DNA of 64,000 nucleotides from Escherichia coli (GTDB lineage: Bacteria; Pseudomonadota; Gammaproteobacteria; Enterobacterales; Enterobacteriaceae). The translations under genes were made by a program, and so were the position numbers. The stretch lies in NCBI RefSeq assembly GCF_003334255.1, contig NZ_QOWU01000025.1. One strand, 5' to 3'. Numbering within the stretch: the first letter of the stretch is position 1; each line of letters opens with the position of its first letter. The notes under the pieces were generated by a model. It had not been told where the DNA came from. It did not search any database and saw nothing but the letters and a program-made list of their open reading frames with translations. This document shows positions 33,141 to 44,263 of this stretch, piece by piece.

Positions 33141-35396
33141 ATGTTTTCTATAAAACCAGGACCCAGAAATTTACCTATCGACAACCCCACATTGTTATCA
33201 TGGAACATTACTGACGGGGATCTAAATTCCAAATTAAATACATTAGAATATCTAAACTGTATAACAAATATTATTAATTCTTGTGGAGTTTACCCTCAAG
33301 GATTAAAAGACAGAGAAATTATATCAACTTTTCACGCAGAAAAAGTTATTAATGATCTGTTAAAAAACGATTATAAAATTTCCCTTTCTCCAGATACAAC
33401 TTACCGAGAGTTGAATAAAGCAGCACAGCGTAGCATTACAGCGCCAGACAGGATAGGAGAAGAAAAAACATAGGTTTATCAACGAGATACAATGATTGAA
33501 AGAGGTGATAACAGCGGTGTTTATCAGTATGGTCGTGCTGAACATTTCACCCACATTATATCTGACAAACCTTCCCCAAAAGATAAATATGTTGCATATG
33601 CTATTAACATTCCTGACTATGAGCTGGCAGCCGATGTATATAATATTAACGTGACGTCACCTTCCGGACAGCAAGAAACATTTAAAATATTAATCAATCT
33701 AGAACATCTACGGCAAACACTTGAGCGTAAATCTCTTACTGCTGTTCAGAAATCACAATGTGAAATCATCACCCCCAAAAAACCTGGCGAAGCGATTCTT
33801 CATGCTTTTAATGCCACCTACCAGCAGATCAGAGAAAATATGTCTGAATTTGCACGTTGCCATTATGGGTATATACAAATCCCTCCAGTGACAACTTTCC
33901 GCGCCGACGGACCAGAAACTCCCGAAGAAGAAAAGGGTTACTGGTTTCATGCTTATCAACCCGAAGATCTTTGTACCATCCATAATCCAATGGGAGATTT
34001 GCAGGATTTTATTGCATTGGTTAAAGATGCTAAAAAATTTGGTATCGATATCATTCCTGATTATACCTTTAACTTTATGGGAATTGGGGGTAGTGGTAAA
34101 AATGACCTGGATTATCCCTCTGCTGATATACGAGCGAAGATCAGTAAAGATATAGAAGGTGGTATCCCTGGCTATTAGCAAGGTCAGGTTTTGATTCCAT
34201 TCATTAAAGATCCAGTAACAAAAGAACGTAAACAAATCCATCCAGAAGATATACATCTCACTGCAAAAGACTTCGAAGCAAGTAAAGATAACATCTCTAA
34301 GGATGAATGGGAAAACCTCCATGCATTAAAAGAAAAGCGTTTAAATGGAATGCCTAAAACAACACCCAAAAGTGACCAGGTTATTATGTTGCAAAATCAA
34401 TACGTTCGTGAAATGCGAAAATATGGCGTACGAGGTTTACGTTATGATGCGGCAAAACACTCAAAACATGAACAAATAGAAAGATCAATAACCCCACCGC
34501 TTAAAAATTATAATGAGCGGTTACACAATACTAACTTATTTAACCAAAAATATCATAAAAAAGCCGTTATGAATTACATGGAATATCTGGTAACTTGTCA
34601 GTTGGATGAACAACAAATGTCATCACTGCTTTATGAAAGAGATGATTTAAGCGCCATTGATTTTTCATTGCTCATGAAAACGATAAAAGCCTTTTCATTT
34701 GGTGGAGATCTTCAAACCCTTGCATCAAAACCGGGTTCCACAATCTCAAGTATCCCATCAGAAAGACGGATATTGATTAACATTAACCACGATTTTCCTA
34801 ACAATGGTAATCTTTTCAATGACTTTCTATTTAACCATCAACAAGATGAACAATTAGCAATGGCATATATAGCCGCTCTGCCGTTCAGCAGGCCTTTAGT
34901 TTACTGGGATGGCCAAGTATTAAAATCAACGACTGAAATTAAAAATTATGATGGGTCCACGCGTGTCGGCGGTGAGGCGTAGCTTAATAAAGGTTGCTCT
35001 ACCTATCAGCAGCTCTACAATGAATTCCACGCATTATATATAGATAAAGCAGGAATATGGAGCGCATTTGAGGGTGTATCTGCAACTAAAAACGTTCTGG
35101 CCTTTAGTCGTGGGGATTCTGTGAACATTAATCACTCTCCTCATGATGGACTAGTTATAATAAATAAAGGAAACGAAGAAGTTGAAGGTACCTGGCCTAA
35201 CAAATTGCAACCTGGAATATACAAAAACATGGGGAGTAATAGCGTTAACATTATTATTAATAATACCCGAAAAATTATCCCCCCTGGTAAAGTATTTACG
35301 CTTAGAGGCGGAACTCTAAATATCAATATTCCTGGGCGTAGCGCTCTTCTTTTAGGGAAAACAGGAGAACCGCCGAACTATCTCTATTTATAATTT
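33141..35396 (+). pseudogene. ygaQ: Alpha-amylase-superfamily (GH13-like) gene, 752-codon frame interrupted by three in-frame TAG codons
   Basis: Four track ORFs (33141-33473, 33492-34178, 34191-34982, 35121-35393) are all in one frame; the only stops are TAG at 33471-33473, 34176-34178 and 34980-34982. GH13 region II-like motif GVRGLRYDAAKH. AT-rich. Confidence 0.7.
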
Positions 35397-35405
35397 AATG
35401 TTATA

Positions 35406-35429
35406 TCTGCCCCGATAAAACGGGGCAGA
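35406..35429. terminator. Hairpin downstream of the amylase-like gene
   Basis: TCTGCCCCG-ATAAAA-CGGGGCAGA perfect stem-loop; no strong T-tract. Confidence 0.45.
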
Positions 35430-35592
35430 TAATATGTTTAGTTTACTAACGGTCATTTTGCAGTGAAGCCATTTACTGTTTTTTATCGACCAGATAATCT
35501 GTTCTCTAATGTTAACTCCCCCTAACCTGTTGCTTTAGTTATTCATTTCCTGTCTCACTTTGCCTTAATACCCTACGTTAAATGTTACTAAT

Positions 35593-35610
35593 TTGTTGCT
35601 TTTGATCACA
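35593..35610 (+). promoter_or_regulatory. Putative cAMP-CRP site upstream of csiD
   Basis: TGTTGCTTTTGATCACA resembles TGTGA-N6-TCACA; csiD is known to be sigmaS- and CRP-dependent. Confidence 0.4.
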
Positions 35611-35614
35611 ATAA

Positions 35615-36706
<1,092 letters not shown>

Positions 36707-36725
36707 GCGCAAAGGAATTGAGCGG

Positions 36726-37994
36726 ATGTATGATTTTGTGATTATTGGCGGCGGCATCATCGGCATGTCGACCGCCATGCAACTGATTGATGTCTATCCG
36801 GACGCCCGCATTGCGTTGCTGGAAAAAGAGTCCGGCCCGGCCTGTCACCAGACGGGCCACAACAGCGGCGTGATCCATGCCGGGGTCTATTACACGCCCG
36901 GCAGCCTGAAGGCGCAGTTTTGCCTGGCGGGAAACCGCGCCACCAAAGCCTTTTGCGATCAAAACGGCATTCGCTACGACAACTGCGGCAAGATGCTGGT
37001 TGCCACGTCCGATCTCGAAATGGAACGGATGCGCGCCTTATGGGAACGCACAGCGGCGAACGGTATCGAGCGCGAATGGCTTAACGCCGACGAACTGCGC
37101 GAGCGCGAACCGAATATCACCGGGCTCGGCGGCATTTTTGTGCCGTCCAGCGGCATTGTCAGCTACCGCGACGTGACGGCGGCGATGGCAAAAATCTTCC
37201 AGTCCAGAGGCGGTGAAATTATCTATAACGCCGAAGTCAGCGGGCTTAATGAGCATAAAAACGGCGTGGTGATACGTACCCGTCAGGGCGGCGAATATGA
37301 AGCATCAACGCTGATTAGCTGTTCCGGGCTGATGGCTGACCGGCTGGTGAAAATGCTCGGACTCGAACCGGGCTTTATCATCTGCCCGTTCCGTGGCGAG
37401 TATTTCCGCCTTGCGCCGGAGCATAACCAGATTGTTAACCACCTGATTTACCCCATTCCCGACCCGGCAATGCCGTTTTTGGGCGTTCATCTCACCCGCA
37501 TGATCGACGGCAGCGTGACCGTCGGGCCAAACGCGGTGCTGGCTTTCAAACGCGAAGGCTATCGCAAGCGCGACTTCTCATTTAGCGACACGCTGGAGAT
37601 TTTGGGCTCGTCGGGGATTCGCCGGGTGCTGCAAAACCATCTACGCTCAGGACTGGGCGAGATGAAAAACTCGCTGTGCAAAAGCGGCTATCTGCGGCTG
37701 GTGCAAAAGTATTGTCCCCGGCTTTCGTTAAGCGATCTCCAGCCCTGGCCCGCCGGTGTGCGGGCGCAGGCGGTATCGCCGGACGGCAAGCTGATTGACG
37801 ATTTTCTGTTTGTCACCACCCCGCGCACGATCCACACCTGCAATGCGCCCTCCCCGGCAGCGACATCAGCAATTCCTATTGGTGCGCATATTGTCAGCAA
37901 GGTACAAACGCTGTTGGCAAGCCAGAGTAACCCCGGACGCACGCTGCGAGCGGCACGTAGTGTGGATGCCTTACACGCCGCATTTAATCAATAA
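36726..37994 (+). CDS. lhgO: L-2-hydroxyglutarate oxidase/dehydrogenase (FAD-dependent), 422 aa
   Basis: Translation MYDFVIIGGGIIGMSTAMQL with FAD-binding GxGxxG fold; corrected start at internal ATG. Confidence 0.9.
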   Translation: MYDFVIIGGGIIGMSTAMQLIDVYPDARIALLEKESGPACHQTGHNSGVIHAGVYYTPGSLKAQFCLAGNRATKAFCDQNGIRYDNCGKMLVATSDLEMERMRALWERTAANGIEREWLNADELREREPNITGLGGIFVPSSGIVSYRDVTAAMAKIFQSRGGEIIYNAEVSGLNEHKNGVVIRTRQGGEYEASTLISCSGLMADRLVKMLGLEPGFIICPFRGEYFRLAPEHNQIVNHLIYPIPDPAMPFLGVHLTRMIDGSVTVGPNAVLAFKREGYRKRDFSFSDTLEILGSSGIRRVLQNHLRSGLGEMKNSLCKSGYLRLVQKYCPRLSLSDLQPWPAGVRAQAVSPDGKLIDDFLFVTTPRTIHTCNAPSPAATSAIPIGAHIVSKVQTLLASQSNPGRTLRAARSVDALHAAFNQ

Positions 37995-38016
37995 CCTTTG
38001 AAAACAGGATGTAGCG

Positions 38017-39465
38017 ATGAAACTTAACGACAGTAACTTATTCCGCCAGCAGGCGTTGATTAACGGGGAATGGCTGGACGCCAACAATGGTGAAGCCATC
38101 GACGTCACCAATCCGGCGAACGGCGACAAGCTGGGTAGCGTGCCGAAAATGGGCGCGGATGAAACCCGCGCCGCTATCGACGCCGCCAACCGCGCCATGC
38201 CCGCCTGGCGCGCGCTCACCGCCAAAGAACGCGCCACCATTCTGCGCAACTGGTTCAATTTGATGATGGAGCATCAGGACGATTTAGCGCGCCTGATGAC
38301 CCTCGAACAGGGTAAACCACTGGCCGAAGCGAAAGGCGAAATCAGCTACGCCGCCTCCTTTATTGAGTGGTTTGCCGAAGAAGGCAAACGCATTTATGGC
38401 GACACCATTCCTGGTCATCAGGCCGATAAACGCCTAATTGTTATCAAGCAGCCGATTGGCGTCACCGCGGCTATCACGCCGTGGAACTTCCCGGCGGCGA
38501 TGATTACCCGCAAAGCCGGTCCGGCGCTGGCAGCAGGCTGCACCATGGTGCTGAAGCCCGCCAGTCAGACGCCGTTCTCTGCGCTGGCGCTGGCGGAGCT
38601 GGCGATCCGCGCGGGCGTTCCGGCTGGGGTATTTAACGTGGTCACCGGTTCGGCGGGCGCGGTCGGTAACGAACTGACCAGTAACCCGCTGGTGCGCAAA
38701 CTGTCGTTTACCGGTTCGACCGAAATTGGCCGCCAGTTAATGGAACAGTGCGCGAAAGACATCAAGAAAGTGTCGCTGGAGCTGGGCGGTAACGCGCCGT
38801 TTATCGTCTTTGACGATGCCGACCTCGACAAAGCCGTGGAAGGCGCGCTGGCCTCGAAATTCCGCAACGCCGGGCAAACCTGCGTCTGCGCCAACCGCCT
38901 GTATGTGCAGGACGGCGTGTATGACCGTTTTGCCGAAAAATTGCAGCAGGCAGTGAGCAAACTGCACATCGGCGACGGGCTGGATAACGGCGTCACCATC
39001 GGGCCGCTGATCGATGAAAAAGCGGTAGCAAAAGTGGAAGAGCATATTGCCGATGCGCTGGAGAAAGGCGCGCGCGTGGTTTGCGGCGGTAAAGCGCACG
39101 AACGCGGCGGCAACTTCTTCCAGCCGACCATTCTGGTGGACGTTCCGGCCAACGCCAAAGTGTCGAAAGAAGAGACGTTCGGCCCCCTCGCCCCGCTGTT
39201 CCGCTTTAAAGATGAAGCTGATGTGATTGCGCAAGCCAATGACACCGAGTTTGGCCTTGCCGCCTATTTCTACGCCCGTGATTTAAGCCGCGTCTTCCGC
39301 GTGGGCGAAGCGCTGGAGTACGGCATCGTCGGCATCAATACCGGCATTATTTCCAATGAAGTGGCCCCGTTCGGCGGCATCAAAGCCTCGGGTCTGGGTC
39401 GTGAAGGTTCGAAGTATGGCATCGAAGATTACTTAGAAATCAAATATATGTGCATCGGTCTTTAA
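38017..39465 (+). CDS. gabD: Succinate-semialdehyde dehydrogenase (NADP+), 482 aa
   Basis: ORF translation MKLNDSNLFRQQALINGEWLDANNGEAIDVTNPANGDKLGSVPKMGADETRAAIDAANRA. Confidence 0.95.
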   Translation: MKLNDSNLFRQQALINGEWLDANNGEAIDVTNPANGDKLGSVPKMGADETRAAIDAANRAMPAWRALTAKERATILRNWFNLMMEHQDDLARLMTLEQGKPLAEAKGEISYAASFIEWFAEEGKRIYGDTIPGHQADKRLIVIKQPIGVTAAITPWNFPAAMITRKAGPALAAGCTMVLKPASQTPFSALALAELAIRAGVPAGVFNVVTGSAGAVGNELTSNPLVRKLSFTGSTEIGRQLMEQCAKDIKKVSLELGGNAPFIVFDDADLDKAVEGALASKFRNAGQTCVCANRLYVQDGVYDRFAEKLQQAVSKLHIGDGLDNGVTIGPLIDEKAVAKVEEHIADALEKGARVVCGGKAHERGGNFFQPTILVDVPANAKVSKEETFGPLAPLFRFKDEADVIAQANDTEFGLAAYFYARDLSRVFRVGEALEYGIVGINTGIISNEVAPFGGIKASGLGREGSKYGIEDYLEIKYMCIGL

Positions 39466-39478
39466 CTGGAGAATGCGA

Positions 39479-40759
39479 ATGAACAGCAATAAAGAGTTAA
39501 TGCAGCGCCGCAGTCAGGCGATTCCCCGTGGCGTTGGGCAAATTCACCCGATTTTCGCTGACCGCGCGGAAAACTGCCGGGTGTGGGACGTTGAAGGCCG
39601 TGAGTATCTTGATTTCGCGGGCGGGATTGCGGTGCTCAATACCGGGCACCTGCATCCGAAGGTGGTGGCCGCGGTGGAAGCGCAGTTGAAAAAACTGTCG
39701 CACACCTGCTTCCAGGTGCTGGCTTACGAGCCGTATCTGGAGCTGTGCGAGATTATGAATCAGAAGGTGCCGGGCGATTTCGCCAAGAAAACGCTGCTGG
39801 TTACGACCGGTTCCGAAGCGGTGGAAAACGCGGTAAAAATCGCCCGCGCCGCCACCAAACGTAGCGGCACCATCGCTTTTAGCGGCGCGTATCACGGGCG
39901 CACGCATTACACGCTGGCGCTGACCGGCAAGGTGAATCCGTACTCTGCGGGCATGGGGCTGATGCCGGGTCATGTTTATCGCGCGCTTTATCCTTGCCCG
40001 CTGCACGGCATAAGCGAGGATGACGCTATCGCCAGCATCCACCGGATCTTCAAAAATGATGCCGCGCCGGAAGATATCGCCGCCATCGTGATTGAGCCGG
40101 TTCAGGGCGAAGGCGGTTTCTACGCCTCGTCGCCAGCCTTTATGCAGCGTTTACGCGCTCTGTGTGACGAGCACGGGATCATGCTGATTGCCGATGAAGT
40201 GCAGAGCGGCGCGGGGCGTACCGGCACGCTGTTTGCGATGGAGCAGATGGGCGTTGCGCCGGATCTTACCACCTTTGCGAAATCGATCGCGGGCGGCTTC
40301 CCGCTGGCGGGCGTCACCGGGCGCGCGGAAGTAATGGATGCCGTCGCTCCAGGCGGTCTGGGCGGCACCTATGCGGGTAACCCGATTGCCTGCGTGGCTG
40401 CGCTGGAAGTGTTGAAGGTGTTTGAGCAGGAAAATCTGCTGCAAAAAGCCAACGATCTGGGGCAGAAGTTGAAAGACGGATTGCTGGCGATAGCCGAAAA
40501 ACACCCGGAGATCGGCGACGTACGCGGGCTGGGGGCGATGATCGCCATTGAGCTGTTTGAAGACGGCGATCACAACAAGCCGGACGCCAAACTCACCGCC
40601 GAGATCGTGGCTCGCGCCCGCGATAAAGGCCTGATTCTTCTCTCCTGCGGCCCGTATTACAACGTGCTGCGCATCCTTGTACCGCTCACCATTGAAGACG
40701 CTCAGATCCGTCAGGGTCTGGAGATCATCAGCCAGTGTTTTGATGAGGCGAAGCAGTAG
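39479..40759 (+). CDS. gabT: 4-aminobutyrate aminotransferase (PLP-dependent), 426 aa
   Basis: Translation MNSNKELMQRRSQAIPRGVGQIHPIFADRAENCRVWDVEGREYLDFAGGIAVLNTGH. Confidence 0.95.
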   Translation: MNSNKELMQRRSQAIPRGVGQIHPIFADRAENCRVWDVEGREYLDFAGGIAVLNTGHLHPKVVAAVEAQLKKLSHTCFQVLAYEPYLELCEIMNQKVPGDFAKKTLLVTTGSEAVENAVKIARAATKRSGTIAFSGAYHGRTHYTLALTGKVNPYSAGMGLMPGHVYRALYPCPLHGISEDDAIASIHRIFKNDAAPEDIAAIVIEPVQGEGGFYASSPAFMQRLRALCDEHGIMLIADEVQSGAGRTGTLFAMEQMGVAPDLTTFAKSIAGGFPLAGVTGRAEVMDAVAPGGLGGTYAGNPIACVAALEVLKVFEQENLLQKANDLGQKLKDGLLAIAEKHPEIGDVRGLGAMIAIELFEDGDHNKPDAKLTAEIVARARDKGLILLSCGPYYNVLRILVPLTIEDAQIRQGLEIISQCFDEAKQ

Positions 40760-40761
40760 CG

Positions 40762-40900
40762 CCGCTCCTATGCCGGAGGCGACGCTGCGCGTCTTGTCCG
40801 GCCTACGGGGATCCAGGTCGGATAAGGCGTTTACGCCGCATCCGACAATCTGTACGTGAACAGGAAGAAATCTATGTTGGCCGGGTAAGGCGGAGCCGCT
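40762..40900. repeat. REP/BIME repetitive extragenic palindromes downstream of gabT
   Basis: TGCCGGAGGCGACGCTGCGCGTCTTGTCCGGCCTAC and GGTCGGATAAGGCGTTTACGCCGCATCCGACA resemble REP consensus units in opposing orientation. Confidence 0.65.
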
Positions 40901-40996
40901 CTCCGGCAAAAAGAATCAATAACAATTATACGCGTGACCCGGCGCGGGAAATGTCGGGGCGCTCTCCCAAGTGACACACTTTCGAGAGGATTCAGG

Positions 40997-42397
40997 ATGG
41001 GGCAATCATCGCAACCACATGAGTTAGGCGGCGGGCTGAAGTCACGCCACGTCACCATGTTGTCTATTGCCGGTGTTATCGGCGCAAGTCTGTTTGTCGG
41101 TTCCAGCGTCGCCATCGCCGAAGCGGGCCCGGCGGTATTACTGGCCTATCTGTTCGCCGGGCTACTGGTGGTTATGATTATGCGGATGTTGGCGGAAATG
41201 GCGGTTGCCACGCCCGATACCGGTTCGTTTTCCACCTATGCCGATAAAGCCATTGGTCGCTGGGCGGGCTATACCATCGGCTGGTTGTACTGGTGGTTTT
41301 GGGTACTGGTTATCCCGCTGGAAGCCAACATCGCCGCCATGATCCTGCACTCATGGGTTCCAGGCATTCCCATCTGGTTATTTTCCCTCGTCATTACCCT
41401 CGCCTTAACTGGCAGTAACTTATTAAGCGTTAAAAACTACGGCGAATTTGAGTTCTGGCTGGCGCTGTGCAAAGTCATCGCTATCCTGGCCTTTATTTTC
41501 CTTGGTGCAGTCGCAATTAGCGGTTTTTACCCGTATGCCGAAGTGAGCGGGATCTCAAGATTGTGGGATAGCGGCGGCTTTATGCCCAACGGTTTCGGTG
41601 CGGTATTAAGCGCGATGTTGATCACCATGTTCTCGTTTATGGGCGCAGAAATTGTCACCATTGCCGCCGCGGAATCCGACACGCCGGAAAAACATATTGT
41701 CCGCGCCACCAACTCGGTTATCTGGCGTATTTCTATCTTCTATTTATGTTCTATTTTTGTCGTCGTGGCATTAATTCCGTGGAATATGCCCGGACTAAAA
41801 GCCGTCGGTTCTTATCGCTCGGTACTGGAATTGCTCAATATTCCCCATGCGAAATTAATCATGGACTGCGTGATATTACTTTCCGTAACCAGTTGCCTGA
41901 ACTCGGCGCTGTATACCGCGTCAAGGATGCTCTACTCCTTAAGTCGTCGCGGTGATGCTCCCGCGGTAATGGGTAAAATCAACCGCAGTAAAACCCCGTA
42001 CGTGGCGGTGTTACTCTCCACCGGCGCGGCATTCTTAACGGTGGTGGTGAACTATTACGCGCCTGCGAAGGTATTTAAATTTCTGATCGACAGCTCCGGC
42101 GCTATCGCCCTGCTGGTTTATTTAGTCATCGCCGTTTCACAGTTGCGGATGCGCAAAATTCTGCGAGCAGAAGGAAGCGAAATTCGCTTGCGAATGTGGC
42201 TTTATCCGTGGCTCACCTGGCTAGTCATCGGCTTTATTACCTTTGTGTTGGTAGTGATGCTATTCCGTCCGGCGCAACAGTTAGAAGTGATCTCCACCGG
42301 CTTATTAGCGATAGGGATTATCTGTACCGTGCCAATTATGGCTCGCTGGAAAAAGCTGGTATTGTGGCAAAAAACACCCGTTCATAATACGCGCTGA
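40997..42397 (+). CDS. gabP: GABA permease (APC family), 466 aa
   Basis: Translation MGQSSQPHELGGGLKSRHVTMLSIAGVIGASLFVGSS; 12-TM transporter; corrected start. Confidence 0.9.
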   Translation: MGQSSQPHELGGGLKSRHVTMLSIAGVIGASLFVGSSVAIAEAGPAVLLAYLFAGLLVVMIMRMLAEMAVATPDTGSFSTYADKAIGRWAGYTIGWLYWWFWVLVIPLEANIAAMILHSWVPGIPIWLFSLVITLALTGSNLLSVKNYGEFEFWLALCKVIAILAFIFLGAVAISGFYPYAEVSGISRLWDSGGFMPNGFGAVLSAMLITMFSFMGAEIVTIAAAESDTPEKHIVRATNSVIWRISIFYLCSIFVVVALIPWNMPGLKAVGSYRSVLELLNIPHAKLIMDCVILLSVTSCLNSALYTASRMLYSLSRRGDAPAVMGKINRSKTPYVAVLLSTGAAFLTVVVNYYAPAKVFKFLIDSSGAIALLVYLVIAVSQLRMRKILRAEGSEIRLRMWLYPWLTWLVIGFITFVLVVMLFRPAQQLEVISTGLLAIGIICTVPIMARWKKLVLWQKTPVHNTR

Positions 42398-42417
42398 TCA
42401 TGATCAGGAGTCACACC

Positions 42418-43080
42418 ATGACCATTACGTCTCTGGATGGCTATCGCTGGCTGAAGAACGATATTATTCGCGGTAATTTTCAACCGGATGAAAAATTACG
42501 AATGAGTTTGCTGACATCGCGTTATGCACTTGGCGTTGGGCCGTTACGGGAAGCTCTTTCGCAACTGGTGGCGGAACGGCTGGTCACGGTGGTGAATCAA
42601 AAAGGGTATCGGGTGGCGTCTATGTCAGAGCAGGAGCTGCTCGATATTTTCGACGCCCGCGCCAATATGGAAGCGATGTTAGTGAGTCTGGCGATTGCCC
42701 GCGGTGGCGATGAGTGGGAGGCAGACGTTCTCGCAAAAGCGCATCTGCTGAGTAAGCTTGAGGCCTGTGACGCCAGCGAGAAAATGCTTGATGAGTGGGA
42801 TCTGCGTCATCAGGCGTTTCATACGGCAATTGTGGCGGGCTGTGGTTCTCACTATTTGCTGCAAATGCGTGAACGGTTGTTTGATCTGGCGGCGCGTTAT
42901 CGATTTATCTGGCTGCGGCGAACGGTGCTTTCGGTGGAAATGCTGGAGGATAAACACGATCAGCACCAGACCCTGACTGCGGCGGTACTGGCGCGAGATA
43001 CCGCGCGCGCCAGTGAGTTAATGCGCCAGCATTTACTGACGCCAATTCCCATTATCCAGCAGGCGATGGCTGGCAATTAA
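42418..43080 (+). CDS. csiR: GntR-family transcriptional repressor CsiR, 220 aa
   Basis: Translation MTITSLDGYRWLKNDIIRGNFQPDEKLRMSLLTSRYALGVGPLREAL; HTH then FCD-like domain. Confidence 0.8.
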   Translation: MTITSLDGYRWLKNDIIRGNFQPDEKLRMSLLTSRYALGVGPLREALSQLVAERLVTVVNQKGYRVASMSEQELLDIFDARANMEAMLVSLAIARGGDEWEADVLAKAHLLSKLEACDASEKMLDEWDLRHQAFHTAIVAGCGSHYLLQMRERLFDLAARYRFIWLRRTVLSVEMLEDKHDQHQTLTAAVLARDTARASELMRQHLLTPIPIIQQAMAGN

Positions 43081-43530
43081 CTACTCTTCCGGAATACGCA
43101 ACACTTGCCCCGGATAAATTTTATCCGGGCTTTTTAGCATCGGTTTATTCGCTTCGAAGATTTTATTGTACAGATTAGCGTTACCGTAGACCTGTTTGGA
43201 AATGGCACTCAGAGTGTCGCCAGACTTAACGGTATAAAACTGGCTGGCAGTGGCTGGTGTCGCCGTTTTCACCTGATCATCGACACTGGCAATACCGGAA
43301 ATATTCCCCACCGCAACAAGGATTTTCTCCTTCGCCTCCTGACTCAGGCCGTCACCAGTGACCGTCGCTTTGCCGTCGGCAATTTGAATATTCACTTTAT
43401 CGGCATCCGGTATACCGGTTTTGTTCAGATGCTCCTGCACCTTCTTCGCCTGATCGTCTTTATCGTGCTGACCTGTAACCGCGTCCCAGAGTTTTTCTCC
43501 GGCATCTTTCACAAAATTGAACAGACCCAT
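43081..43530 (-). CDS. kbp: Potassium-binding protein Kbp (BON + LysM domains), 149 aa
   Basis: Translation begins [21 protein letters not shown]-terminal LysM ([49 protein letters not shown]). Confidence 0.85.
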
Positions 43531-43613
43531 AGCTACCTCATTCGTTAACGGAAACACTCAGAAAGTGTAGCAGAGGAACGCGGCGCGTTAACGCCGCGGG
43601 GATGAGCACAGGT

Positions 43614-43772
43614 TTAATCGCGGGTTTGCACCCAGAACGCGTGAATCAAACCGGGGATATACCCAAGCAGTGTCAACAGAATATTAATAATGAACGCCCA
43701 ACCGAACCCTTTACCGAGCAGCACGCCGAGCGGCGGCAGAATGATGGTGATGACGATTCTCCAGAAACCCAT
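43614..43772 (-). CDS. yqaE: Small membrane protein YqaE (Pmp3/UPF0057 family), 52 aa
   Basis: Minus-strand ORF MGFWRIVITIILPPLGVLLGKGFGWAFIINILLTLLGYIPGLIHAFWVQTRD; below the 60-aa cutoff of the ORF track. Confidence 0.75.
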   Translation of the reverse strand: MGFWRIVITIILPPLGVLLGKGFGWAFIINILLTLLGYIPGLIHAFWVQTRD

Positions 43773-43954
43773 ATGTACTCCCTATAAGAAAATTACTCAT
43801 TGTTTAAAAAGAGATTTTATCTCTTAAGCGTAGTAATTTTAGCGGAGCCTGCCAGTTTCAGCTTACGCTTTTACTCTCATTTACGCTGCTGAGGCTGGTA
43901 TATGTTGCATTTTTAGTTTAGAGTTTACTTAATTTAGAAAATACTTAAATAAAT

Positions 43955-44254
43955 ATGACTGAACTCGCGCAATTACAGGCCAGTGCCGAACAGGCAGCGG
44001 CCTTATTGAAAGCAATGAGCCACCCTAAACGATTGCTGATTCTGTGCATGCTTAGCGGTTCCCCCGGCACCAGCGCGGGAGAGCTGACGCGCATTACCGG
44101 ACTGAGTGCCTCTGCGACATCACAGCATCTCGCTCGTATGCGGGACGAAGGGCTTATCGACAGCCAACGGGATGCCCAACGCATTCTATATTCCATTAAA
44201 AATGAGGCGGTAAATGCCATTATCGCCACCCTGAAAAATGTCTATTGTCCGTAA
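43955..44254 (+). CDS. ygaV: ArsR/SmtB-family transcriptional regulator, 99 aa
   Basis: HTH segment HPKRLLILCMLSGSPGTSAGELTRITGLSASATSQHLARMRDEGLI. Confidence 0.85.
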   Translation: MTELAQLQASAEQAAALLKAMSHPKRLLILCMLSGSPGTSAGELTRITGLSASATSQHLARMRDEGLIDSQRDAQRILYSIKNEAVNAIIATLKNVYCP

Positions 44255-44263
44255 GGAGTCACT

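Noticed and set aside
38565..39245. 226-aa and 165-aa minus-strand ORFs inside gabD
   Set aside because: High-GC antisense shadows rich in Ala/Ser/Arg; gabD on the plus strand is strongly supported.
43602..43787. 61-aa plus-strand ORF between kbp and ygaV
   Set aside because: Antisense to the small membrane protein gene yqaE, whose 52-aa product has a convincing Pmp3-family hydrophobic sequence.
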